A stretch of 64,000 nt of DNA from the NCBI GenBank assembly GCA_024653775.1, contig JANLHZ010000250.1:595-64594 (forward strand), read 5' to 3'. Source of the stretch: Planctomycetota bacterium. Its GTDB lineage: Bacteria; Planctomycetota; UBA8742; JACQVU01; JANLHZ01. Position 1 is the stretch's first letter. Every line of letters begins with the position of its first letter. Of this stretch, positions 9,034 to 18,985 are shown piece by piece. The notes under the pieces are model-generated. The model was not told where the DNA came from. It saw only the letters and a program-made list of their open reading frames with translations, and did no database searches. The translations under genes were made by a program, and so were the position numbers.

Positions 9034-9477
9034 TCAACGGGGCGCGGGCAGCGGGATGTACTCCGGCACCGGATCGTGAGACCAGACCCGCACCCACCTG
9101 CCGGGAATCCAGACCTGCGTCGTCACAGTGTGCGGCACGAGTCTGCGGACGAGCCTGATTTCGTACACCGGAACTCGCTCCAGGCGAATGACCTCGCGTC
9201 TGCCCGATGGGGCGTAGGTGTCGGTCGCGGGATCGTAGCGTTCTGGCCCGCCGGAGGAGGTCTGGATCACGATTTCGCGCCATTCCCACCCGATGACGAT
9301 CTGCTCGCGGACCCATTCCTCGCGGTATTCGGTTCTTGTTCTTGTCTCGTAGTGCCCCGGTTGCCAGACCCATTCCCAGCCTCCCGGGTGGCGACCTCCC
9401 GTCCAGTCGGTTTCATCCTGCGCTGAAGCGACAGTTGCAAAGGAAAGAACGATTATCGCTGCCAAAACGTACTTCAT
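9034..9477 (-). CDS. secreted Trp-rich repeat protein
   Basis: Signal peptide MKYVLAAIIVLSFATVASA; repeated W.PGHW / WEW motifs; GGAG RBS. Confidence 0.75.
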   Translation of the reverse strand: MKYVLAAIIVLSFATVASAQDETDWTGGRHPGGWEWVWQPGHYETRTRTEYREEWVREQIVIGWEWREIVIQTSSGGPERYDPATDTYAPSGRREVIRLERVPVYEIRLVRRLVPHTVTTQVWIPGRWVRVWSHDPVPEYIPLPAPR

Positions 9478-9548
9478 TGGAATCTCCGCTAACCAGAAAA
9501 CTCAGGTCCCATCAAGTTTGACGGTCGATCCGCGGATAAAGTTCCCGA

Positions 9549-11165
9549 TTACTTTTTAAGAGCCTCGAGCGTTTTGACGTAATCGGTGCGTTTGCGCATT
9601 CCGGTCATGGCGTGCTCGCGAGACTTCTTTATGGAGTGCGTGTTGTGTACGCAATCGTAGCCGAAGATTTCGAACAGAGGTTTGTATCCGCCGGAGCCGT
9701 CGCAGATTTCGACGTCGTGCATGGTGAACTCCGTCGGGTGGTCGTAACCCGCAGCGTGGGTAAGCGCGAGGACTTCCTTCTTCCAGCTTTCCATATATTT
9801 AAAGAGTCGCTGGGACTGGAACTTCGGATTCACGCCGCCTTCCAGCCATTTGTTCTGAGTCGCGATCCCCGCGGGGCAGTGACCTGTGTGGCATCTTTGA
9901 GCCTGTATGCACCCGATGCTGAGCATCGCTTCCCGAGCGACATTGATTATATCTACTCCAAGGCTGAATGCGAACACCGCCTTGTCCGGGAATCCCAGTT
10001 TCGCGGAACCGACCCAGACGATCTTGTCAGAGATTCCCTTATCGAGGAATATTTTATAAACCCTCGAAAAACCGGTGACGAACGGAAGCGACACGTGGTC
10101 CGAGAAAGTGAGCGGAGCGCTGCCTGTCCCGCCCTCGCCGCCGTCGATGGTGATGTGGTCCGGGCCAATATCCGGGTGTTTCGACATATACTCCGCAAGC
10201 TCGTGCCAGAACTCGAGCTTGCCGACTGCGCTTTTGATCCCGACGGGCCTTCCAGTGACCTTGGCGATCTTCTCTATAACTTCGCACATTTCGGGAACCG
10301 ACGTGAACACCGAGTGACTGTTCGGACTGATGCAGTGTTCCCAGGGCTTCACGCCGCGGATTTTCGCGATCGTCGGCGTAACCTTCGGCGCTGGAAGAAC
10401 GCCGCCCTTGCCGGGTTTGGCGCCCTGCGAAAGTTTCAGCTCGAACGCGCGGATAAGCGGATGCTCGTCGCACTGCTTCGCGAGTTTCTCGTAGCTCAGT
10501 TTGCCGTCGTCGTCCCGGCAGCCGAAGTACCCGGTTCCGATTTGGAAGACCACGTCCGCACCGAGTTTGTGATAGGGTGAAAGTCCGCCCTCGCCGGTGT
10601 TGTGGTACGCGTTCGAGAGTTTGCAGCCGAGGTTCAGCGCGGAATGGGCGTTTCCGCCAAGAGCGCCGTAACTCATCGCGCTGACGTTGATGATGGAGCC
10701 GGGGCGGAACGTGAGTTCGCGTTTGTGCCATTCTCCGAGCACTTTCCAGGAAGGCAGGTCGAAGTGGTGCTCCTTGACGGAATGAGCGAAGCTGCCTTCG
10801 CCTTTCGGGAACGAACTGTGCTTGATGATGAAGTAACCTTCCGATTCCAGATCGTCGTCCGTTCCGAATCCGAAGAAGTTGTTCTCTCCCGCGGCGCTAC
10901 GATAAATCCAGTCGCGCTGGCTGCGGTTGAACGGTTTTTCTTCGCGGTTATGCGCAACGATGTACTGGCGAAGCTCCGGACCCACTGCAATCAGAAGGTA
11001 ACGCAGGTGTCCGACGAGCGGAAAGTTCCGGACTATCGATCTTCGAGAAAACAGCCGGTCAGCGAGCGCGACTCCGATGACGACAATCGCGATACCGAGC
11101 AGAATCTGCCAGACGAGTCCGATAGATATGAACCAGTCGAGAACCTTGTTACCAAGAAACACCAT
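9549..11165 (-). CDS. FMN-binding glutamate synthase family protein (GltB domain-2-like) with N-terminal TM segment
   Basis: Motifs NVSAMSYGALG, HNTGEGG, KLSQGAKPGKGGVLP, ITIDGGEGGTG. Confidence 0.9.
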   Translation of the reverse strand: MVFLGNKVLDWFISIGLVWQILLGIAIVVIGVALADRLFSRRSIVRNFPLVGHLRYLLIAVGPELRQYIVAHNREEKPFNRSQRDWIYRSAAGENNFFGFGTDDDLESEGYFIIKHSSFPKGEGSFAHSVKEHHFDLPSWKVLGEWHKRELTFRPGSIINVSAMSYGALGGNAHSALNLGCKLSNAYHNTGEGGLSPYHKLGADVVFQIGTGYFGCRDDDGKLSYEKLAKQCDEHPLIRAFELKLSQGAKPGKGGVLPAPKVTPTIAKIRGVKPWEHCISPNSHSVFTSVPEMCEVIEKIAKVTGRPVGIKSAVGKLEFWHELAEYMSKHPDIGPDHITIDGGEGGTGSAPLTFSDHVSLPFVTGFSRVYKIFLDKGISDKIVWVGSAKLGFPDKAVFAFSLGVDIINVAREAMLSIGCIQAQRCHTGHCPAGIATQNKWLEGGVNPKFQSQRLFKYMESWKKEVLALTHAAGYDHPTEFTMHDVEICDGSGGYKPLFEIFGYDCVHNTHSIKKSREHAMTGMRKRTDYVKTLEALKK

Positions 11166-11167
11166 AA

Positions 11168-11545
11168 CTATTTTTCTCCCTCTGATGCTTCGAAGCGGAA
11201 GCCTGTATTGCGGCGATGGATGTCTGAGCTTTCCTGAAACGCGGAATCAGCATAACTTGTGGTTGCCGTTTTGTACAAGCCTTGAACTTCGCACGTTTCG
11301 GCAAGCGAATTTGTACCGGAGACTTGTTCACGAGGTATTAGCGCACGTAGCAAAGCCATCTGGAGTTCAGGAAAATCCGGAGGATGAAGCTTGATGCTCC
11401 GCAAGCGCGCCCCGTTTTTTTTGTCACAAGTACATGAAATCCATTCTGCATGATTGAAAACTTTCCTCCAGTTCGATAAGTCTCTGGAAGTCATTCGGGC
11501 CAAGTTTTCTGGAGCGATTTCGACTACGTCTGGAAGGTTCGTCAC
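11168..11545 (-). CDS. questionable hypothetical ORF
   Basis: 125-codon ORF ending 2 nt before the start of the downstream gene. GTG start without RBS; no domain recognised. Confidence 0.3.
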   Translation of the reverse strand: MTNLPDVVEIAPENLARMTSRDLSNWRKVFNHAEWISCTCDKKNGARLRSIKLHPPDFPELQMALLRALIPREQVSGTNSLAETCEVQGLYKTATTSYADSAFQESSDIHRRNTGFRFEASEGEK

Positions 11546-11613
11546 TTCAAAGGAAGTTAATTTAATCCTCGCATAACAATTTAGTCTCTCCTAAATTGAT
11601 CCAAACTTGTATT

Positions 11614-11648
11614 AAATTTAGACTTAGACTTAGTCGTAATCTTTTAAG
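11614..11648. repeat. conserved 35-nt block inside an AT-rich intergenic island, copy 1
   Basis: AAATTTAGACTTAGACTTAGTCGTAATCTTTTAAG is identical at 34/35 positions to 48808-48842. It contains tandem TAGNCT hexamers. Confidence 0.6.
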
Positions 11649-11735
11649 CCTATAAAAGAATATTATTAGCAATATATTGCTAATTTAAATATATTTATTA
11701 CGGTGATTTTATACTTGAGCTGCAAGGAGGGAAAA

Positions 11736-12122
11736 ATGAACGTCAGTACCGTCACAGAAGGCAAGGATAAACCAGAAATCGTCAGGATATTGGCAGAAAT
11801 TGCCGAGATGCTCGAAAAGATCGGAGAGACCAACACTCAGTACAGAATGGCGCGGCTGTTGTCCGTCACACAGGTCTCAGTCTGGCGCTGGCGCGAACAG
11901 GTGCATTTGCCCCACAAGATGCACGTTGAACGTATTAACCTTCTTCACAACATACTAACTGGTGTTCATAATGGAAATCGGGATGCCTGCTATATTTTTA
12001 CAGAAATTAGCAAGAAGGATGCTCCCAAATGGCTTGCGCTTGGGATCGAGGGAATGCTTTGCGCTTCCGGGATTCGCTGGGCGATCCAGCCTGGCAAATC
12101 CAAAGGTCAGGAATCCGCTTAG
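11736..12122 (+). CDS. small helix-turn-helix protein
   Basis: The ATG at 11736 is preceded by AGGAGG. HTH-like segment QYRMARLLSVTQVSVWRWRE. Confidence 0.6.
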   Translation: MNVSTVTEGKDKPEIVRILAEIAEMLEKIGETNTQYRMARLLSVTQVSVWRWREQVHLPHKMHVERINLLHNILTGVHNGNRDACYIFTEISKKDAPKWLALGIEGMLCASGIRWAIQPGKSKGQESA

Positions 12123-12205
12123 CTCATATCGATTGATATGTTAATTTCTACTGTCGTCTACTCGGCGCTTTCATCGACCGCAAAGCCGTGGCACTCCGGT
12201 TGTGA

Positions 12206-14518
12206 GTGGTGGTGGTGAGAATCAGGAATTCTGCATTTTCTGACCTCCCGATAGACCCTGAAGGAATGGTGCGGATGTTCGGAACGATTTCATTTCGTAT
12301 GGGCTTCGCGCTGATGGTCTCTGCCTTCGTTCTTTCAAGGCTGACGGCGCTATCGTGGTCGCCTTACGCGTTCTCCCTCGATGAGTGGAGCGTGGCGGGA
12401 GTCGCGGAGAAAGTCGCGTCGGGCGGAGACTACGACGCGAAGGTTCTTCCGGAGGATCGTCCCGCCGCGTCGCAGATCGTCTCGTGGATCGCGGCGATTC
12501 TGATTCCGCTTGGATTCACATCTCTCAGCGCCGCGAAATTTGCATCGCTGCTGTTTGCGATATGCGCGTTCGTGGCGATTGGCCTCGGCGTCCGTGCGAC
12601 ATCGGGCGAAACCGCGGCGTACCTCGCGATGCTTTTCTATCTCGGCGCTTCCCCCGGCATCGTTGTCCGGAACCTCGATTCGACCGGATTCGCCGTCATC
12701 GACGCGCTCGCCTTCGCCGCGTTCTTTCTGTTCCTGCATTTTCACCGAACCGGCGCGAATCCGCGAATGTTCGCGATTCCCGGCGTTCTCTGCGGGATCG
12801 GACTCGCGAGCCATCTCATCTTTATCTGCGGGGTTCTGGTTTTCGCCATCTCGATATGGATCGCGAGACGGAAACAAACTGCGCTCATCGGAGCCGCCGA
12901 GGTCAAGTTCTTCTTTCCTGGAATGATAGCGGGCGCGATTCCGTTCGTTCTGCGCGGACAGTTCGCGGGAGTCTATTCCGCGGGACCAGCGGTCGAAAGC
13001 GCCGGGCTGGACTACGTTCTCGACGTCATCCTCGGCATTCTGAATTTCGTCGCGAGCGATTTTCCCGCCTGGCTGATTTTCCCGGATTCAGTCGTACCAG
13101 CCGAACTCGGCGCTTATCTTGTTTACGCGATGATCGTCGGGGCCGTCGTTTTCGGAGTGTTCCGGAAGTTCGGATCGACGGACCCACAGCCGGGTGCTTC
13201 CGCCGCGTGGGTACTTCTCGCGGTAGCTTCCCTGGCGACGCTTCTCATTTTCGTTCTCGGGCCGTGGGAAACGACTTTCAATTCGTCCTTCGGCGCGTTC
13301 GATTTCGCGTCCGGACCCCGCGGACTCGCGCTGATTCCGCTTTTCATGGTCGCGTCCGCGATGTCGCTTGCGGGGTTGTCGGCCCGTCCGGGAGCGCTAC
13401 GGGCCGCGATTCTCCTGATCGTAGTCATCGGCACCATCGGCTTCGCGAACCTTTTTCATTCCGACGAGAACCTCCGCGTCGTTCAGAACCAGCCGGGACT
13501 CTGGACGAAGCTCTTCAATCTCGAGGAGATCGCGAACATCGATCCGACGCGGCAGCGGCTCGACCTGCGACTAAAAGACGAAACGCCGGACGACAGGCTG
13601 CTCGCGTATTTCCGCATCGGACGGAACGTCGCACGAAGCCTCGGGGAATCGCTCCGTCAAGGCCACGCGGAATGCTCCGCGGTTCTTGCCAGCCGACGGC
13701 TGAAGCCGCGGGAACGGGAGCTTTTCGCCATCGGCGTCGGATTCGAACTTTTGAGCGAATACCGACAGGACCCGATGCGCGCGGCGAACGGTTTCTTCTT
13801 CCTCGATCTGAGGCCCGCGGACGCCTCCGCGTTCGTTTTCGGCCTGGAGACCGCGGCTAAGCTCGAAGGCGTCGAAAACGTGCTTTCGGGCGACTTCGGG
13901 AAGATTTTCGCGCCTATTATGATCGAGGGGACTGTGGACGACGAGGTACGGAGAATCGTTTCCGACGCGCTCCGCGATCTCGGGCCGGGGATGGCGAAAC
14001 TGCTCCTTCGGCCTGCTAACGTTCTGAGGCCGCTCGAACGGGGCATTCCGAGGCTGCGCGAGCTTTCGCTCGAAAAAGTCGAATTTGCTTCGGAGATCAT
14101 GCTCGGCGCGGACGATCTTCCGCACTTCCAGCCGCTGAGCTATTCCGGAGACTTCCGGCTGGAAATGCGGGTCAGCGCTCCGTCGGCGGAATCTCTGACG
14201 GTGATTTTTGGAAGCTCGGTCCAGCATGACGGCCACGCGCGGGTCTTGTTCATCGATTTCAGGAACAAGGTCGCGGGACTCAGGAGAAGGGAAGCCTGGC
14301 AGGACGATTTTGTGAACGTAAAACAGCTCGGTCACGGGCTGGAATATAATGCCGCGGACTTTCGTCTCGATATCGTGTACGAAAACGAAGAACTCTGGGT
14401 CTACATCGACGGAACCAGGATTTTCTGGGACGTCCAGAGGCCGCATTGGTATGGCGAGATTGGATTTGCGTCCCGAGGAAACCTCGTTCTGCGCGGCACG
14501 ACGCTTACAAAATCTTAA
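12206..14518 (+). CDS. polytopic GT-C/ArnT-like membrane protein with C-terminal beta-sandwich (DUF1080/LamG-like) domain
   Basis: More than 10 predicted TM helices in the N-terminal 400 aa. The C-terminus (WVYIDGTRIFWDV...GEIGFASRGNLVLRG) resembles DUF1080-type lectin folds. The exact start is uncertain (GTG 12206 or ATG 12266). Confidence 0.8.
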   Translation: MVVVRIRNSAFSDLPIDPEGMVRMFGTISFRMGFALMVSAFVLSRLTALSWSPYAFSLDEWSVAGVAEKVASGGDYDAKVLPEDRPAASQIVSWIAAILIPLGFTSLSAAKFASLLFAICAFVAIGLGVRATSGETAAYLAMLFYLGASPGIVVRNLDSTGFAVIDALAFAAFFLFLHFHRTGANPRMFAIPGVLCGIGLASHLIFICGVLVFAISIWIARRKQTALIGAAEVKFFFPGMIAGAIPFVLRGQFAGVYSAGPAVESAGLDYVLDVILGILNFVASDFPAWLIFPDSVVPAELGAYLVYAMIVGAVVFGVFRKFGSTDPQPGASAAWVLLAVASLATLLIFVLGPWETTFNSSFGAFDFASGPRGLALIPLFMVASAMSLAGLSARPGALRAAILLIVVIGTIGFANLFHSDENLRVVQNQPGLWTKLFNLEEIANIDPTRQRLDLRLKDETPDDRLLAYFRIGRNVARSLGESLRQGHAECSAVLASRRLKPRERELFAIGVGFELLSEYRQDPMRAANGFFFLDLRPADASAFVFGLETAAKLEGVENVLSGDFGKIFAPIMIEGTVDDEVRRIVSDALRDLGPGMAKLLLRPANVLRPLERGIPRLRELSLEKVEFASEIMLGADDLPHFQPLSYSGDFRLEMRVSAPSAESLTVIFGSSVQHDGHARVLFIDFRNKVAGLRRREAWQDDFVNVKQLGHGLEYNAADFRLDIVYENEELWVYIDGTRIFWDVQRPHWYGEIGFASRGNLVLRGTTLTKS

Positions 14519-14564
14519 AAATCTCCAAAAAGGCTAAAGTTCCTTCCGAAGATTCGTGCAGAAA

Positions 14565-14595
14565 CGCGAAAATCGAATTTTCGCGATATTTTTTG
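14565..14595 (+). terminator. intrinsic terminator after 12206..14518
   Basis: CGCGAAAAT-CGA-ATTTTCGCG stem-loop followed by ATATTTTTTG. Confidence 0.7.
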
Positions 14596-15312
14596 CGCAC
14601 AAAAACTGGCTATAAATCGTTGGTGTACGGCGTGTTATGGAATTGTAGCCGAGAAAACTTTAAAACACGCTCAAGATTGAATAGAAAAGGTCCGAAATAA
14701 GGGATGTCCTTTTACTCTTGCTTGTAATCGGACTGACCGGCGAAAAAGATTCAGGGACGAACTCGAACTCGCCGGTTTTGATCGAAATCTTCCTTGATCC
14801 GTCTGCATGTGGGATGCAATTGCAGTCTGGATCGAAGTGTAATTTATTACGCTTCTGACTCTGCTCTGGGAACACTCTTACAACCAAATTCCGTCTCTTC
14901 AAAAAGACCTAGGTACATTCCAAAGTCCATACGGAGACGCTGTTTTTAGTTTTTTGTGAGTTTTCCACGGCGCGTCAGGAATATCCCGCGCGAGGTGGAC
15001 GTCGTGCGCGCCCGGATTCCGGGTTTCGCGTTCTGCGGAGAAGGTCTGTCCGAACATCGGAGATTGATGAAGAAAAAACAACCATGACTAGTGCGCGTTC
15101 TCCGGGGTGCCGCCGGTAGAACGCGTCCGTGGTATCGAATTCAAACGTGTGGATTATCTGGGAACCGCCGGGCTTTGTGCTCAGCGCGGTCAGGAGGAAT
15201 ATATTCAAAAAATCTGGGATAGAGTGAAACGAAAGGAGTGCGTATAGAGACAAAACGTTCAGTTCAATTTTAACCAAAAAATTAAAGCGATCCATGCGGG
15301 TCGTACAAATTC

Positions 15313-15350
15313 ATCGGGAATGGAATCCCGATTCAACTTTCACGGAGGAA
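15313..15350 (+). promoter_or_regulatory. flagellin leader with two CsrA-type GGA sites
   Basis: Hairpin ATCGGGA-ATGGAA-TCCCGAT (15313-15332) presents GGA in its loop. A second GGA lies inside the SD ACGGAGGA (15342-15349). Confidence 0.5.
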
Positions 15351-15357
15351 AATTAAT

Positions 15358-17058
15358 ATGGGTTTAAGAGTTAGAACCAACATCGCTGCGATGGAAGCTC
15401 TCAGGAATCTGACGCGAGTCGATCGCAATCAGACACAGAACCTGGAGCGTCTTTCGACGGGACTTCGGATCAACCGCGCGTCGGACGATCCGAGTGGACT
15501 CGTTATCAGCGAGCAACTGCGCGCTCAGACGGCTTCTATGAAGCAAGCCGTCCAGAACACGCAGACAGCGAAAAACCTCATCGATACGACGGAAGCCGCT
15601 CTGAACGAAGTGAACACCCTTCTCATCGGGATAAGGGAATCGATCATCTTCGCGATGAACACGGCTAACGATACGAACGCGATCGAGGCCAAACAGCGTT
15701 CGGTCGACCAGGCGATTTCCGCCATCGATCGTATCGCAGTCACGACACGTTTCGGCAACCGCGACCTCCTGAACGGCGCGTCGGACTTCCAGGTTCGCAG
15801 CAAGTCGAGCTACATCGACGATCTGACGGTCCGGAGCGTTCGTTTCGCGAACAATCAGAGCAGCGTCGTATTCACGGTTAAGGTGAATCGTCTCGCTTCG
15901 CGCGCTCTAATCAAGATCGCAAGCGGCGGATCGCCTACGGACGTGAAGGGTCAGGCCGGACGCGTTTCGTCGGGAACCGTCATCGTCAGCAACGCGGCAG
16001 CCGGGACTCTCAGCTCCGGTCAGAGCGTCACGCTGCGGATTACGGGTAGCCTCGGGTCGGAGGATATCAAGCTCGCGAGCGGCGCTACAATTCGGGACCT
16101 GATCACAGCCGTCAACGGCGTGAGCAACTCGACGGGCGTTTTCGCAAGCTCCGCGTCAGTCGGATCTACTCCGGGTGGCATCGCGGCAGGGACCGCGGGA
16201 TTCAGTTTCGCTCTGTACTCGACGGACTTCGGCTCGAAGCACACGATCTCGGTTGAGAATCTGACGACTTCGGGTTCGAATGTCGCACTGGTTCGCGCGT
16301 TCCAGACAAGCAACGCGGGATTCCACGGCAGCAGCGAGATCGTTTCCCAGGGATTCTATTTCGCAGATTCGGGAAGGGACCTGGACGCGCGCGTCGATGG
16401 GGCTATCGTCGTTTCCGACGGTTACAACGTTCGCGTTACAAGTAACTTCCTAGATGCGGACCTCGACATCAGCCAACGCGTTTACAACATCGCGTCGAAC
16501 TCCGATACGCAGGGCATTCAGGCAAGCACGATCACCTCGAACGGTGTCTACTTCCGCGTGCTCAACAATTCGAGTTCGGGTCTCAAGTTCCAGCTCAACG
16601 CTCAGAGCACATCGGTCGACAGAATCCAGATCGGAATCCAGTCGATCCGCAGCAGCGAGCTCGGAAAAGAGATCGAAGTCGAGAGTCAGAACGCTTCCGA
16701 CGCGTCGAATCTCGCTTCGAAGACGGGAGGATTCCTCGCTTCGCTCCGTAGCGGCGCGGGTAACGACCTCATCGAAAATCCGGACAACGCGCTCACGATC
16801 GTCGACGCGGCCCTTGACGAAATCAACCAGCTCAGGAGCTTCCTCGGCTCGATTTCCAAGGACACTCTCGATCCAGCGCTTTCGAGTCTCAACGTCGCGA
16901 TCAGCAATATCACCGCGACCGAAAGCTCGATCCGCGATCTCGACTTCGCAGCCGAGACCACGGAGTTCACTAAGAACCAGATCCTGTTCCAGGCGGCCAC
17001 CTCGGTGCTCGCTTCTGCGAACCTGATCCCGCAGTCCGTGCTTTCCCTCCTCGGATAA
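15358..17058 (+). CDS. fliC: flagellin
   Basis: N-terminus (RVRTNIAAMEALRNL...LSTGLRINRASDDPSGL) and C-terminus (ATESSIRDLDFAAETTEFTKNQILFQAATSVLASAN) match the conserved flagellin D0/D1 helices. Strong RBS. Confidence 0.95.
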   Translation: MGLRVRTNIAAMEALRNLTRVDRNQTQNLERLSTGLRINRASDDPSGLVISEQLRAQTASMKQAVQNTQTAKNLIDTTEAALNEVNTLLIGIRESIIFAMNTANDTNAIEAKQRSVDQAISAIDRIAVTTRFGNRDLLNGASDFQVRSKSSYIDDLTVRSVRFANNQSSVVFTVKVNRLASRALIKIASGGSPTDVKGQAGRVSSGTVIVSNAAAGTLSSGQSVTLRITGSLGSEDIKLASGATIRDLITAVNGVSNSTGVFASSASVGSTPGGIAAGTAGFSFALYSTDFGSKHTISVENLTTSGSNVALVRAFQTSNAGFHGSSEIVSQGFYFADSGRDLDARVDGAIVVSDGYNVRVTSNFLDADLDISQRVYNIASNSDTQGIQASTITSNGVYFRVLNNSSSGLKFQLNAQSTSVDRIQIGIQSIRSSELGKEIEVESQNASDASNLASKTGGFLASLRSGAGNDLIENPDNALTIVDAALDEINQLRSFLGSISKDTLDPALSSLNVAISNITATESSIRDLDFAAETTEFTKNQILFQAATSVLASANLIPQSVLSLLG

Positions 17059-17177
17059 GCTAAGGCTGATCACGGATGGATGACGGTCCCACGTCACGAT
17101 TCCGGAAGGCGGTGAACTTTCCCGGTTCGTAAGCCGCCGAGAGATGCTCGGATGAGCACAACATTTCTAAGTCCAGA

Positions 17178-17214
17178 CAGGCCCGGTGAGTCCCAACCTC
17201 CGGGCCTGTTTTTT
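17178..17214 (+). terminator. intrinsic terminator after flagellin
   Basis: CAGGCCCGG-13 nt-CCGGGCCTG followed by TTTTTT. Confidence 0.8.
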
Positions 17215-17220
17215 ATTTGT

Positions 17221-17248
17221 AGGATTCAGGATCGAGGATTCAGGATTA
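17221..17248 (+). repeat. 4 x 7-nt AGGATNN tandem repeat
   Basis: AGGATTC AGGATCG AGGATTC AGGATTA lies immediately after the flagellin terminator. Confidence 0.5.
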
Positions 17249-17463
17249 AGAGACTAACTTAAGCACCTGGGACCGCGGTCGTCTATGTCCGCAAAAGCCG
17301 TCAAACGTCTCGTCCGGAGGCTCCGAAATCTCAAATTATTCTTCTTAAGATAGTTGCCAAGTCGTGGCGTGAAGAGTCGCGCGGTGGGCATTTTCAACTT
17401 GGATTGTCGGTGAGCCGAGATTGCGATAAACTTGTCGTATTCCATAAACACTAGGAGACGACG

Positions 17464-18807
17464 ATGAAAACGATGTCCTCGATTTTTCTTGCGAACTTAC
17501 TTCTCGTTTGCGTTGCCACTGCGCGCGGCGAACAGAAAACGCTGCTCGAACCAGTCGTCGGCCATGTCGCGCAGGATCACGCGCTGATCTGGATTCGCGC
17601 GAGCGAAGCCTGCGACTATGAGGTTTTCGTCGGGGACCACGAGCCGCGCAAAATCCATTTCGAGCCGGGTATAGAGGGCTGCGGCGTGCTGAAGATCGAT
17701 CATCTGAACGCTGGGTCGCAGTACCTTGTGAACGTTCGAGCGCCAGACGACGCTCAGCCTTTCGCGCTAGCGTTCCGCACTCCGCCCGAAGAGAGGGAGT
17801 GGGGGAGCGCGAAGATCGGCGTCGGCTCCTGCGCGTTTCCACGCGGACGTTTCCAGCCCGCGTTCGACCACATGCGCGAGGCGGGGTTCGACGCGTTCCT
17901 CTGGCTCGGAGACAACATGTACTACGAACCCCGCGAGGACGGCGGCCTCGACTGGCACCGCCGCGAGTGGATGTTCGAAAGGCAGTTCACGATGCGCTCG
18001 CATGAGCACACCGAGAATCTGAAGCCGTTCCTGAGATCGACCGCGAACTACTCGATCTGGGACGACCACGACTTCGGGCCGAACAACACGGACAGTCGCT
18101 TCGAAAACAAGGTCGCGAGCCGCGAGGTCCATATGTCGATGTGGGCGAATCCTTCCTATGGAGAGGACGGCGAAGGGATTTACTTTTCGTTCCGGCGCGG
18201 GCCGGTGGAGTTTTTCATGCTCGACGATCGCTGGTTCAAGCTGACACTCCAGATACCGGAGGAGGAGCGAATCTACTACGGCGAAAAGCAGCTCGCGTGG
18301 CTCCGCGCAAGACTTCTCGCGAGCGCCGCGACGATCAAGATCATCGGCGGAGGCGGGCAGCATCTCGCGGACAACTACACCTTCCACGAAGGCTGGAAGG
18401 AAGCGCCACTCGAACGCGCGGAGTTCTTCGAATGGCTCGTAGCGAACCAGATCGACGGAGTGATCTTCGTCAGCGGCGATATTCACATGTCCGAGCTTCG
18501 TTCCCGCGAAAATGCTGGTGGCGCGCGGCTCTTCGAGATGACTTCCAGCGGGATTACGAATACGCTTGCGCTGAATCGGATGTTCGAACGACGCGAGGAG
18601 CAGGGCAGGGAATGGCTGTATCTGACGCCAAATTTCTGCTCGATAGAAGTCCTGGTTCCGGAGGATGAATCCCGAAGGCGGGATGACGGCACCGTCATTT
18701 TCAAATGTCACGATTCCGAAACCGGCGAAATCGTCCGCGAAACGACTGTTTCGCTTGGTGAGTTGCTGCTCGAAAAGGCGGAGACGGAATATAATGAGGA
18801 TTTCTAG
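17464..18807 (+). CDS. phoD: PhoD-like alkaline phosphatase / metallophosphoesterase
   Basis: Signal peptide; motifs WLGDNMYY, IWDDHDFGPNN, FVSGDIHMSEL. Confidence 0.9.
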   Translation: MKTMSSIFLANLLLVCVATARGEQKTLLEPVVGHVAQDHALIWIRASEACDYEVFVGDHEPRKIHFEPGIEGCGVLKIDHLNAGSQYLVNVRAPDDAQPFALAFRTPPEEREWGSAKIGVGSCAFPRGRFQPAFDHMREAGFDAFLWLGDNMYYEPREDGGLDWHRREWMFERQFTMRSHEHTENLKPFLRSTANYSIWDDHDFGPNNTDSRFENKVASREVHMSMWANPSYGEDGEGIYFSFRRGPVEFFMLDDRWFKLTLQIPEEERIYYGEKQLAWLRARLLASAATIKIIGGGGQHLADNYTFHEGWKEAPLERAEFFEWLVANQIDGVIFVSGDIHMSELRSRENAGGARLFEMTSSGITNTLALNRMFERREEQGREWLYLTPNFCSIEVLVPEDESRRRDDGTVIFKCHDSETGEIVRETTVSLGELLLEKAETEYNEDF

Positions 18808-18985
18808 TGTTCGAAGTTCATCCCGCAAAAACTCGTGTTTCCGATGCGTGTTGACGCCGCGTTATTGGCGACGTCGCTTCGAATTGTGAAAAAAGACAAT
18901 ATGAAGATTTCCCGCGGCGTTGCATTATTTCGCGAGATAGAATTACTGAAGAGAGCGAAAAATCGAACTGCCAGGAGGGTGATCC

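Noticed and set aside
14660-15295. Small minus-strand ORFs (14660..14902, 14899..15081, 14975..15295) in the long fliC upstream region.
   Set aside because: They have no RBS, atypical composition and no recognisable motifs. The region is more likely regulatory or non-coding.
15283-15309. Candidate sigma-28 promoter for fliC (TAAA-N15-CGTACAAA).
   Set aside because: The -10 element matches GCCGATAA at only about half the positions, so it is too weak to call. The real fliC promoter in the 840-bp upstream region remains unidentified.
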